From NCBI GenBank assembly GCA_013115145.1, contig JAAPAO010000294.1, positions 1 to 42,103 of the forward strand: a stretch of DNA of 42,103 nucleotides, read 5' to 3'. A model generated the notes under the pieces. It did no database searches. It saw only the letters and a program-made list of their open reading frames with translations, and was not told the DNA's origin. Both the position numbers and the translations under genes were made by a program. The DNA is from Perkinsus chesapeaki ATCC PRA-425 (lineage: Eukaryota > Protista > Perkinsozoa). Below, piece after piece: positions 31,876 through 42,103 of this stretch; the stretch's first letter is position 1, and every line of letters begins with the position of its first letter.

Positions 31876-33201
31876 ATGAGTGCTCATGTAGCACGGCGAG
31901 ACAGCGGCCCGCTCGGATATGATCTCAGGGGTATAGAGGCTCGCGACATCCTTCGCTTCTGGCCGCTACAGAGAGGACCATCGAGGAAGAGGAGTCATAG
32001 TGAACTATATTATCATTCAAAGCCTGTGCGACACTTGCATGTTTTCATAAGTCACTCATGGTCAGCCAGTCCATTGGTAAAGTATGCGGTTCTATCGTTT
32101 CGTTATAATACCCCATTTGCATTTTGTGCATCTTTCTTAACATTTATTTTCCTCCGTCTTTGGGGTGTTGGTGATGCTCTATGCTTTATTGGTATGTGGA
32201 TTGGTCTAGTTTGTGGATACCTTTGGGGAGGTCGAGCTTCATTTGATCGAACACTTTTATTTTTCGATCAATGTTGTATCCACCAAGATGATGAGGCTAA
32301 AAAGCTTGAAGGTATCCGACATATAGGTGATTACTTAACAAGAGCGGAAGGCTTTGTCATCTTTTGGAGCCAAGACTACAACACCAGACTGTGGTGCGTG
32401 TTCGAGCTCGCTTGCTATATCAAGTCGGCTAAGATACCCTCCGTAGAGATCTGGCCAATACCGATTCTACAACGCAGATTCGTCATTATGACCATACATC
32501 AGCTCTACTGGGTTCTGGTATCTCTAATCCAAGGGCCGATAGCACGTCTCACTATAGATGCCATTCACGTAGCGGCTACTGGTTTATACTGTATGCTAGT
32601 TGATGGCAAGGCAAGGATAGAGTGTCAGATGCTGTTGAGCTCGTTTGATAGCTCGGCCTTGAAATGCTATATACAATCTGATAGAGAAATGATAATGCAA
32701 CACATAAACAAGCAGTACGGAAGCTACGAGGAGTTCCGAAACCATGCCGAGCGCATCTTCTCAAGACTTGACCAGCAATGGGATTGGAACAGTTATACTT
32801 TCCGTGTTGTACTATTAACGTGTTTTCCTACAATATGTTGTTACCTCATTACTGGACGTATTCTCACCCCGATGTGTATCACCTGTTTAAGAGTAATATT
32901 GCTAATATCGTTTTATGGCGTAGCTCTGTCATTTGTACTACTTGACTTTGTCTCTCCCCATGCCCATAAGATTTGCCGAATGGCATGCGTATTCGTAGCG
33001 CTCTCACATTTTTATACAATACGTTACGTAAGTAACTTCGAGGACGGATTGCTCGCAACGGGTCCCTACAGAATGTGGATATTTCCGTTCGCGATAGGTC
33101 TCGAGATGGTTCTAGTAGGCTTACTGAAAAAAGTGCTCTGTCATATGACCTATACCCCACACATTTATATGGCTAAGCTTATTGACTTTATAAAGTCTTG
33201 A
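31876..33201 (+). CDS. TIR-like domain multipass membrane protein, copy 3 (441 aa, intronless)
   Basis: HVFISHSW, TM hairpin, LFFDQCCIHQ, FVIFWSQDYNTRLWCVFELACYI (Glu177). Colinear with copies 1 and 2. Confidence 0.85.
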   Translation: MSAHVARRDSGPLGYDLRGIEARDILRFWPLQRGPSRKRSHSELYYHSKPVRHLHVFISHSWSASPLVKYAVLSFRYNTPFAFCASFLTFIFLRLWGVGDALCFIGMWIGLVCGYLWGGRASFDRTLLFFDQCCIHQDDEAKKLEGIRHIGDYLTRAEGFVIFWSQDYNTRLWCVFELACYIKSAKIPSVEIWPIPILQRRFVIMTIHQLYWVLVSLIQGPIARLTIDAIHVAATGLYCMLVDGKARIECQMLLSSFDSSALKCYIQSDREMIMQHINKQYGSYEEFRNHAERIFSRLDQQWDWNSYTFRVVLLTCFPTICCYLITGRILTPMCITCLRVILLISFYGVALSFVLLDFVSPHAHKICRMACVFVALSHFYTIRYVSNFEDGLLATGPYRMWIFPFAIGLEMVLVGLLKKVLCHMTYTPHIYMAKLIDFIKS

Positions 33202-33497
33202 AACTCTCTGGCCATGTATTATTATCCCATTATCAACAGTCCAGTTCTCTCCCTTCGACCAATGTGTTGCGATGGTAAAGGGGATCTTATTATTGCCGAT
33301 AAGGTGTAGCGATTGCGAGCCGAGTAGAGTTCCAGCGATAGAGAAAGCTGTCCTGCAGCCAAACATACTCGGCGCTGTGCTACCCCTATCTTTGGTGCCT
33401 GTCAAACTCGTACGTAACCTGAGCCTTTGGACCAGATGGTACTGTTGCGTTGCCAGTGTGTGGTAGCTTAGTGGTGATTGCATAAAGAAACCATTTG

Positions 33498-34255
33498 ATG
33501 GCAGCAGAAGAAGATAATGCTGATGGGCTTTCTGGAGACCTCGCTGGAATTGAAAAGTGTATAGGAAAGGTCGCATCGTAGTCGATATAAAGTCTGGGGA
33601 AGAGGAATGGTGCTCAGATTGATATGCTAGAAAAACTAGTAAAAGCACAGCAAAGACGGATAGACGCACAAGAGGTGCTAATTGAAGAGCTTTGTCAAGT
33701 AACCAGTCAAAGTAGCTATGGTATCACGAACTTGCAGGATCGTTGCGAAGTATGTCTCGCTCCGGAGACTGCCATTCGGGTCTTCAGCGATGAGGCGCGG
33801 TGGAGGAATTATGTAACGCAAGTCACTGAGGTTCCTCCTCTATCCTTTTCAGCGAGCCACTTGGGCTTTTCGGGCGTCCATGTTAATTTCTGGAGTTATG
33901 TTCGGAGTTGTCTCGAAGGTAGCTTAATCTGTGCATTATCTCTCATCAACTTTTCAAGGTGATGTACTCCCATTATCGATTGCAGTACTGTTTTGAACTA
34001 TTTTACAAAACAGCCAAAGATGTCCTGCCTGAGTTGGAGGAAATAGACTTCAATCAGTTCACGTATGGTCATGCTTCAATGCTTTGGGTTAACCAATCAT
34101 CAGGCCGCTTTACTTCTCTCCGATATCCGCGTCAGAGGCTACTACTGCACCACTATGGTTTGTCTTCACTGCTGTTCGCTTCGTGTGAGCTTGCTCGTGT
34201 GAATCTTTGATGCCGTGGAGGCTCTTTGTCAGATTTTTGGCCCTTCTTCACATAG
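33498..34255 (+). CDS. Small multi-exon coiled-coil plus single-TM protein, unknown function
   Basis: A manual model with 36-60 nt GT-AG introns gives MAAEEDNADGLSGDLAGIENLGKRNGAQIDMLEKLVKAQQRRIDAQEVLIEELCQ...ARWRNYRATWAFRASMLISGVMFGVVSKVMYSHYRLQYCFELFYKTAKDVLPELEEIDFNQFTY...WPFFT*. Several junctions are uncertain. Confidence 0.5.
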
Positions 34256-34968
34256 CGACCGTTATTGTCGACCGAGTGTTGAAGACAGTGCTGATGATGC
34301 TTGTATTTGCTGGAGGGGTTATGTTTGTATTCAAGTGATTGCCGACTTTACCCTTACCAAGAAGCAACTTCGGTTCCAGGAATTTCGATGCCATAGTAGA
34401 CTGGATAAGAGAAGACAGAAAAGCGACCGATAAGGATGGAGGACGAGATAATGCACGTGACGTCAAAGCGAGCGCGTCGAGTCTCACGGCGGTGAGCGGC
34501 CCCACTAGAGAGCGTCCAGTTCCCCTTAGATTGCCGCAAATGCGCTGGCAGCTGGGGAGCTGGCGGCGTCGGTAGCCGGCACTTTGCAGAAGGCCCAATG
34601 GTCTTCTTCGACACAGGAGCTCATGGACCGGAATAACGATGAAGAGAGTACAACGTCAAGTATAAGCTTCACGGGGCCTGTCACCAGGCAGCGAGCGAAG
34701 GTACGATTGCCGCACTAGTTGTACTAGAATTGTTCTATCAGGCGATCGTTGACAGCATGTCCAACAGTTGGAGCGAAACATTCGGTCAGTCGGCCAGCTC
34801 TGATAATGAAAGATGACATAATACTTCCACCCGCTCTGAGTGGGAAAACTAGCACTTCTTTTTAACATTAGCCGATAACATGCAGATCGCCATATTTGCT
34901 GCCCTTACCGTTGTCGTGTTACGTATCGCCTACAGCGGTTCCTCTAGTATTAATGAGCTATCTGTATT

Positions 34969-36274
34969 ATGGCTGTTTCAACCGCTGCTCTTCATCTGCC
35001 ATCTCGTGATGTCCTGGTTGCCTGCGCCTTTCAACTGTTCCTTTCATTCAAGCCATCTGAGCCTCATCTTACCACTTACTTAAGAGAGACTAAGTCATTC
35101 ACAGCTGCTGAGATCAATGACCAGATATATGTGACCTGCACTTATGCAGGTCTCGTAATGCTCCTCGTCATTGGCCTTATGGCCGAGTTCATCGACTACA
35201 AGCTCTGTATTGTGCTGGGTGCCCTAGCGAGACTTTTCACTCGAATGGTTCTTCTACTTGGAACAACAGTATTCCAAATGCAAGTAGCTGAAGTAGCCTA
35301 TGCTTTTGGCTCCGCCATGGAGACCATATTCAACAGCTATTTATTCTGCATTGTTGATGATAGTTCATTTGTCAGAGTCGTAGCATTGGTGCAAGCGTGC
35401 AAGCTAGTGGGAAAGTCATTCTCATCTATCCTTGGTGACATTCTTCATGACGTCTTCGGTTGTTCGCTCCATTCACTCTTCTGTATCTCTGCAGTATCCG
35501 TTGCTATCGCTTCCGTATTGAGCCTCGCTCTTGGTCGAATTCACCGATCGTGTCCTTCTCGACCGCGCGATGTTCTCAAGACGATAAAGCTCGTCTACAG
35601 TAACATGGGATACCTACCCATGGTTGTTTGGTGGTTTGGGTCCTTCGCATGTTATAATCTTACATATGCCTATGAGCCGTCTCTATATGATGCTATGATG
35701 GCCGAGTCCAATGCGCCCGACGTGAACGGTACCGTTATCGCTCTCGCTCAGGTAATATCACTCTGTTGTCCTCTCGCTTAAATGACTTTGTTTCCTTCAG
35801 ATTTGTTCGGCAATAGCCTCCTTGGCTCTGTCTTCCCACAAGCTAGCATCTTTATCCAGCAAGAGCCCCCAACGGTTCTTGTTGCTTGTCGGTTGGCTTG
35901 GCAGTATATCTGCTGTCGTAATGGCCCTGCCTAAAGCACTTACGGTTATGTGTTTTGGATTTGTATTTTTTCTAAGCTTTACAGCTGTCTCTAATGCGTT
36001 GGTTTCCGCGGAGACAGGCCGTGTCGTGAAGTCCACAGGTGCCACCGAAGCGTACGCTTTTATGGCTATGTGCAATACTTTGTTGGCGATAGCTGTTCAG
36101 ACCTTTCTCACCTGGCTCTTGCTCTCATTATTGAAGCTTGATATACGCAAGCTCTATGATATACTTATGATCGTGCAGCTGTCGATGATAACTCTGTACT
36201 CCCTTTCACTTATAATATCATCTTTAGTCTCTCACAGGAAGGTGAGCTCTTTAACGGAGAAGTTCCTAGCATAG
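34969..36274 (+). CDS. Reduced folate/thiamine carrier family (SLC19-like MFS transporter), two exons
   Basis: FLSFKPSEPHLTTYL and MQVAEVAYAFGSAMETIFNSYLF match SLC19 motifs (FRPSEPFL..YL; MQ..E..YG...A.E..Y.SYI). A 49-nt intron at 35752-35800 joins the two ORFs in frame; about 11-12 TM segments. Confidence 0.85.
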
Positions 36275-37025
36275 ACGCCGTTCGATAGGGAAGTCCAGCC
36301 TTTTTCATATTGTTGAGCTTCAGAGTGTAAATTAGGCGATCCGGCAGTTAAAGGCAATGAATGCCTCAAAATAGTAACACACACTCACTTCATGAAAGTG
36401 CAACGCAGAAGGCTTACCAGTAACGAAGGAAAATAGCTCATTCCAGTGACGAGCTGAGAATTATTACGCTGGGCATCGATTTCCGAAACAACTGTGATAC
36501 CGGGTTCAAGTGCCACAGTATAGACGACGACACAATTTTTTGTGTCGACTGTCTCTTTGGAGCACCTTGCACAATTGTCCCTCTAGCTCCGCCATAGCTT
36601 AGCGGCAATGTTAATCGATGAATGAAGCCATCGGTGTGAATGTGATCTTCTAATATGGTATGCAGGTCTTATATGTGATGTTATTGTTGAGGTGTAACGA
36701 TGTGAGTTGTTCTTGCTGAGGAGAAGTACCATACGATATGGTTTCGATTTCACTTGCATGTTTCAAAGGTGTTAATTATGATTCCTGGTTATCTATGGTG
36801 AATCGTGGTACCGTTTGAACTCGAGTAGGTAACATTGATTATTTCAAGTATGGCGAACTGTTGTTGGCCGAGTTTCTCGGGTACAACAACTCCTCGGATC
36901 GAGGAGTTTTCCTGTGCTTAAGTGCTTTGGTAGAATGAACCTTGTCTTCGTTTAATTGCAACTGGGGAGTGACCCTGTTGGTCGGGGCAGTTTCAATTAT
37001 ACATTGTGGTGTAAGGTATGCTACC

Positions 37026-39630
37026 ATATGATTATGGCAGTATCACTTGTTGTTCAACTGCTTTTCCGAACTTGGTACGGTTTACTAGGGTATGAATATG
37101 GTAGCATCACTTGCTTTTCGGAACTTGGTACGGTTTACTAGGGTATGAATATGGTAGCATCACTTGCTTTTCGGAACTTGGTACGGTTTGCTAAGGTATG
37201 GATATGGTAGCATCACTTGCTTTTCCTTACTTGTTACGGTTTACTAGGGTATGAATATGGTAGCATCGCTTGCTTTTCGGAACTTGGTACGGTTTGCTAA
37301 GGTATGAATATGGTAGCATCACTTGCTTTTTCGAATTTGATACGGTTTACTAAGGTATGAATATGGTAGCATTACTTGTTGCTCAACTGCCTTTCTGAAT
37401 TCGGCACGGTTTACTAGGGTATGAATATGTTAGCATCGCCTGCTTTTCGGAACTTGGTACGGTTTGCTAAGGTATGAATATGGTAGCATCGCTTGCTTTT
37501 CGGAACTTGGTACGGTTTACTAAGGTATGAATATGGTAGCATCACTTGCTTTCCCGAATTTTGAATGGTGTACTGAGGTATGAATATGGTAGCATCACTT
37601 GCTTTTTCGAATTTGGTACGGTTTACTAAGGTATGAATATGGTATCATTTCTTGTTGCTCAACTGTTTTCTCGAATTTGGTACGGTTTACCAGGGTATGA
37701 ATATGGTAGCATCGCTTGCTTTTCGGAGCTTGGTACGGTTTGCTAAGGTATGAATATGGTAGCATCACTTGCTTTTCTGAATTTGGTACGGTTTACTAGG
37801 GTATGAATATGGTAGCATTACTTGTTGCTCAACTGCTTTTCTGAACTTGGTACGGTTTACTAGGGTATGAATATGGTAGCATCGCTTGCTTTTCGGAACT
37901 TGGTACGGTTTGCTAAGGTATGAATATGGTAGCATCACTTGCTTTTTCGAATTTGGTACGGTTTACTAAGGTATGAATATGGTAGCATTACTTGTTGCTC
38001 AACTGCTTTTCTGAATTTGGTGCGGTTTACTAGGGTATGAATATGGTAACATCACTTGCTTTTCCGAATTTGGTACGGTTTACTAGGGTATGGATATGGT
38101 AGCATTACTTTTGCTGGATTTGGTACGGTTTACTAGGGTATGGATATGGTAGCATTACTTTTACTGGATTTGGTAGGGTTTACTAGGGTATGAATATGGT
38201 AGCATCACTTGTTGCTGAACTGCTCTTCGAATTTGGTACGGTTTACTAGGGTATGAATATGGTAGGATTACTTGCTTTTCCGAACTTGGTACGGTTTACT
38301 AGGGTATGAATGTGGTAGCATCACTTGCTTTTCCGAGCTTGGTACGGTTTACTAGGGTATGAATATGGTAGCATTACTTACTTTTCCGAACTTGGTACGG
38401 TTTACTAGGGTATGAGTATGGTAGCATTACTTGCTTTTCCGAACTTGGTACGGTTTACTAGGGTATGAATATGGTAGCATCACTTACTTTTCCGAACTTG
38501 GTACGGTTTACTAGGGTATGAATATGGTAGCATCAATTGCTTTTCCGAACTTGGTACGGTNNNNNNNNNNNNNNNNNNNNNNNNNNNNNNNNNNNNNNNN
38601 NNNNNNNNNNNNNNNNNNNNNNNNNNNNNNNNNNNNNNNNNNNNNNNNNNNNNNNNNTTCTTTTCCGAACTTGGTACGGTTTACTAGGGTATGAATATGG
38701 TAGCATCACTTGCTTTTCCGAACTTGGTACGGTTTACTAGGGTATGAGTATGGTAGCATTACTTGCTTTCCCGAACTTGGTACGGTTTACTAGGGTATGA
38801 ATATGGTAGCAGTGCTTGCTTTTCCGAACTTGGTACGGTTTACTAGGGTATGAATATGGTAGCATCAATTGCTTTTCCGAACTTGGTACGGTTTACTAGG
38901 GTACGAGTATGGTAGCATCACTTGCTTTTCCGAACTTGGTACGGTTTGCTAGGGTATGAATATGGTAGCATCAATTGCTTTTCCGAATTTGGTGCGGTTT
39001 GCTAGGGTATGAATATGGTAGCATTACTTGTTGCTCAACTGCATTTCTGACTTTGGTGCGGTTTACTAGGGTATAAATATGGTAGCATTACTTGTTGCTC
39101 AACTGCATTTCCGAATTTGGTACGGTTTGCTAAGGTATGAATATGGTAGCATTACTTGCTTTTCCGAATTGGTACGGTTTGTTAAGGTATGGATATGGTA
39201 GCATCACTTGCTTTTCCGGACTTGGTACGGTTTACTAGGGTATGAATATGGTAGCATTACTTGCTTTTCCGAGCTTGGTACGGTTTACTAGGGTATGAAT
39301 ATGGTAGCATTACTTGTTGCTCCGAACTTGGTACGGTTTACTAGGGTATGAATATGGTAGCATCACTTACTTTTGCGAACGAGGTACGGTTTACTAGGGT
39401 ATGAATATGGTAGCATTACTTGTTGCTCCGAACGTGGTACGGTTTACTAGGGTATGAATATGGTAGCATCAATTGCTTTTCCGAATTCGGTGCGGTTTGC
39501 TAGGGTATGAATATGGTAGCATTACTTGCTTTTCCGAACTGGTACGGTTTACCAGGGTATGAATATGGTAGCATCACTTGCTTTTCAACTGCTTTTCCGA
39601 ATTTGGTACGGTTTGCTAAGGTATGAATAT
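37026..39630. repeat. 53-bp satellite (with 50- and 64-bp variants), about 45 units visible, spanning a gap
   Basis: Consensus ggtacggtttactagggtatgaatatggtagcatcacttgcttttccgaactt. The 64-bp variant carries an 11-bp ttgctcaactg insert. Gap at 38561-38657. Confidence 0.98.
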
Positions 39631-41149
39631 ATGGTATCGTATTACCGCATCTTACCTTACGGTGTGGCTCGCTAAACTGTTGTTAAGGCTGCCTCTTATA
39701 AATATGCCTTTCGAGGTTAATTTTTCTTGAAGGTTTTCAGGTTCTCTTATCCTATTCGGTGGTTCTCCTATATATTAGAGTCTTATAGTTTGACCTATTA
39801 TTGAAGCCTCGAGGTCAGGCTAAAGACCATGAACTGTGGGGCCGATACGGGAGGGCTTGCAGGTCTCCTCAAGTCCTGGCAAGTCTTCATATTCTATCTC
39901 TTCATATTTTCATATATTTGAGGCCTCTCTCTGGCAGATTCGTGGTCGAGTGACTATCAGATGGTTTGGTTCTGTATGGTGGTATGACAGCTGTATTAGG
40001 TGCTTATGCTCAGTGGGTATTGCAATTATCTTCCCATTCCCACTCTTCATTTGATATATTGTGGTATATGTTTGTCTGATCGTGGAAGTGTGTGAAAATG
40101 GTGTAATTCATGTGTTGTACAACTTGGACAGAAGTCCCATTAATCTGGACAGGATGGACTGTAAATGTAGGTTCCGAACGATGCCTTAGAGTCTTTTGGC
40201 TCGGTTGATTCTGGTGAAGATGGCGAAGCAGAGGGAGACGTGTTAGTATCTTGCGAAGTAAGAGCCTCACTGTATGGGTGTCGGTCGTCAGTGTAGAAGT
40301 CGACCGTCATGGCTCATGTTATGGCCGCCTGTCGTTGGTGTCTATTTTGCCTCGGTATTTGAACATATTCTTTCTGTTATTCGTATCCTCTCCGTTCAAG
40401 TCTTGTGTTATACAGTAAAGTGGGGTTCGCCGTGAGTGTGCCTCGTGGTCCACAATAGTTATATAAGTCGGATTCTTGAATTCACTTTCCCAACTCCTTG
40501 GACTTTTAATGATTAGTGAATATTCATGTTACATTTGTTTGATCGTAATTTTAATGCCTGCATGTTCGCAAGGCAGACTAAATGGCAGTTGACCTTCTTG
40601 TTAGCATTCTTAACGTCCCATCTATCCAATCGTTTTTGCTGTAAGTCTGACCTTCGAACTCTCGTTCACGCGCAGTTTTCGTCATAACGCTATTGTGCTA
40701 TGATTGTACGCAATCGAGAACTCGTCGTCCCTAAAGTGAGAAGAAGACTTCATACGGTACGAGAATCGCATTTAGTGATGACCGTTTACCTACAATATTG
40801 TGTGAAAAGTTTTCACTGAAAACACAAAGCATTAAGAATAGAAGAACGGAAGAATGCAAAGTAAGGACTTATCATCCGTCACCCTGCTTCTGGCCCATTA
40901 GGCTTAGCATGTAGCCCTTCCATAACTGGCTTCAGCCGCTGAAGTTCAGTGTCGTGTAAAGTATAAAGCAGCCCTCCCCCAATTGGATAGAGTATTTATT
41001 TTCTGTTGATTCCCGGTTGACTTCGACACGCTAACATACTTTGACAGCCGCTAATCTATGGCGGCTGGGCACATGTAAGCAGCATTCTTGTTACTCTTGT
41101 GAAGCGGTAACTGCTGTCACTTACTATTATTACTATCACTTACTACTGT

Positions 41150-41504
41150 ACGACCAATCATATCATGCGCGGTATGCCAGGTGCACAGCTCTTGCAGGGT
41201 AATTGTACTGGGACTGTAAAATTCGTCCGTCTCATGTTGGAATAGTTTTCAGATAGTACCTCCTCGAAAGCGCCGAATGCATCAATTGAGTTTTCGATAG
41301 CCTCCAGCCTCCGTCAAGGGAGCCATGAAAGAGCCATGGGAGCCAGTAAAGTTGAGAACATTTACTTATCCTTGGCAAATAAGTTACCTTGACCTTTGTC
41401 TGTCTCGTGGAGTCTTGGATAGCCCCTGGTCGACTCAAGGACACTGGGGAGAAGAAGAGGTACGAACGTTATGCCATGTCGACAAGAACGATGAGTATGG
41501 CTTT
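41150..41504 (-). mobile_element. Possible highly decayed retroelement integrase relic
   Basis: A stop-interrupted frame, KAILIVLVDMA*RSYLFF...RGYPRLHETDKGQGNLF, loosely resembles the integrase core (LVxVD...GxPxxIxTDxGxxF). Weak evidence. Confidence 0.2.
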
Positions 41505-42103
41505 AAGTAACACATAACACAACAATATCCTCCGACGACGATGATGACATTTAACGTAAAAGAATTCGTCATAAAATGAAGCAACTGTGACAGAGTATGT
41601 CACAGGCGAGGTCCGCGAATGGCTTAGTTAATGTATTCTTGCTCAGTGGAACTTAGTGGTAGAAATAAGATAAGTGTAGCAGTAAATAAAGCACTAAGTT
41701 ATATATTATAATTACATAACACAATTCCTACGTATATCATGAGGGCATTTTAGTTGGGCTATGTGTTAGTTCGCAATGGATATGATATATCAGGATTAAC
41801 TCGTGAAAGGCGATATAAAGCAGCGATCAGCTGGCAACAACGATTGATATCTTCTCACATTAGCAAAACCAATTCTATCATTTTCAAGATGAAAGTAGAA
41901 GTAGTTGGCCCAGAAAGGCACTTGCCCCTGGAATGACCAAATCGTAGTTAATAAAAGCCATACGTCTAAGTGTCTTGTTGGGTCGGGAAGAATGTGTCGA
42001 AATTGAAGTTCCTATAGAGAAACTATAAGTTCATTGAGAAACTATTTTACTCGAATAATTCAAATGTGATGTAAACGATTAAATAGTGCTTTGTTAATGC
42101 TTC

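Noticed and set aside
33121-33669. 182-aa minus-strand ORF, and similar antisense ORFs at 23742-24155, 24255-24626, 25187-25513 and 3552-3848
   Set aside because: They overlap better-supported genes or promoters on the other strand and show no family motifs.
37078-37091. Telomere-like TTTAGGG within the satellite unit (ggtttactaggg)
   Set aside because: Only a degenerate single match per unit; there is no tandem telomeric repeat in the window.
37026-39630. CRISPR-like array, or coding repeats from ORFs 36956-37141 and 38537-38740
   Set aside because: The units are contiguous with no unique spacers, the context is eukaryotic with no cas genes, and 53 bp is not a multiple of 3. The ORFs are artefacts of the repeat and the gap.
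1-42103. tRNA, rRNA, snRNA or spliced-leader RNA genes
   Set aside because: No cloverleaf with T-loop and anticodon arms, rRNA signature or full-length leader sequence was recognised by eye. A covariance-model scan would be needed to exclude small ncRNAs.

Overview
Eukaryotic protist genomic DNA, most likely a Perkinsus-like alveolate. The taxon is inferred from the many 35-50 nt GT-AG introns, lineage-specific secreted proteins and a membrane TIR family I know from dinoflagellates. Most supplied ORFs are exon fragments or antisense artefacts. Gene order: the 3' end of an ABCG transporter (+); a minus-strand block from 1.4 to 22.3 kb (serine carboxypeptidase S10, PARL-like rhomboid, XPD helicase, a repeat-containing secreted protein, MRT4, a small putative mitochondrial protein); then a mostly plus-strand block from 23.4 to 36.3 kb (TPT-family transporter, a four-exon permuted papain-like/NlpC-P60 protein lacking its catalytic residues, three tandem intronless TIR-plus-multipass membrane genes, a small coiled-coil/TM gene, an SLC19-like carrier). 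A 53-bp satellite of more than 2.5 kb with a 170-bp higher-order unit and degenerate gene-poor DNA end the window. The most notable element is the tandem array of about 8-TM proteins whose TIR fold is interrupted by a transmembrane hairpin, retains the WCxxE glutamate typical of TIR NADases, and has been homogenised between copies 2 and 3 exactly over the TIR segment while the C-terminal halves diverge. Also notable are a diverged duplicate of the last two XPD exons beside a Mutator-like transposase relic and a dense palindrome cluster. Three N-gaps fall inside tandem repeats. All calls come from reading the sequence; no searches were run.
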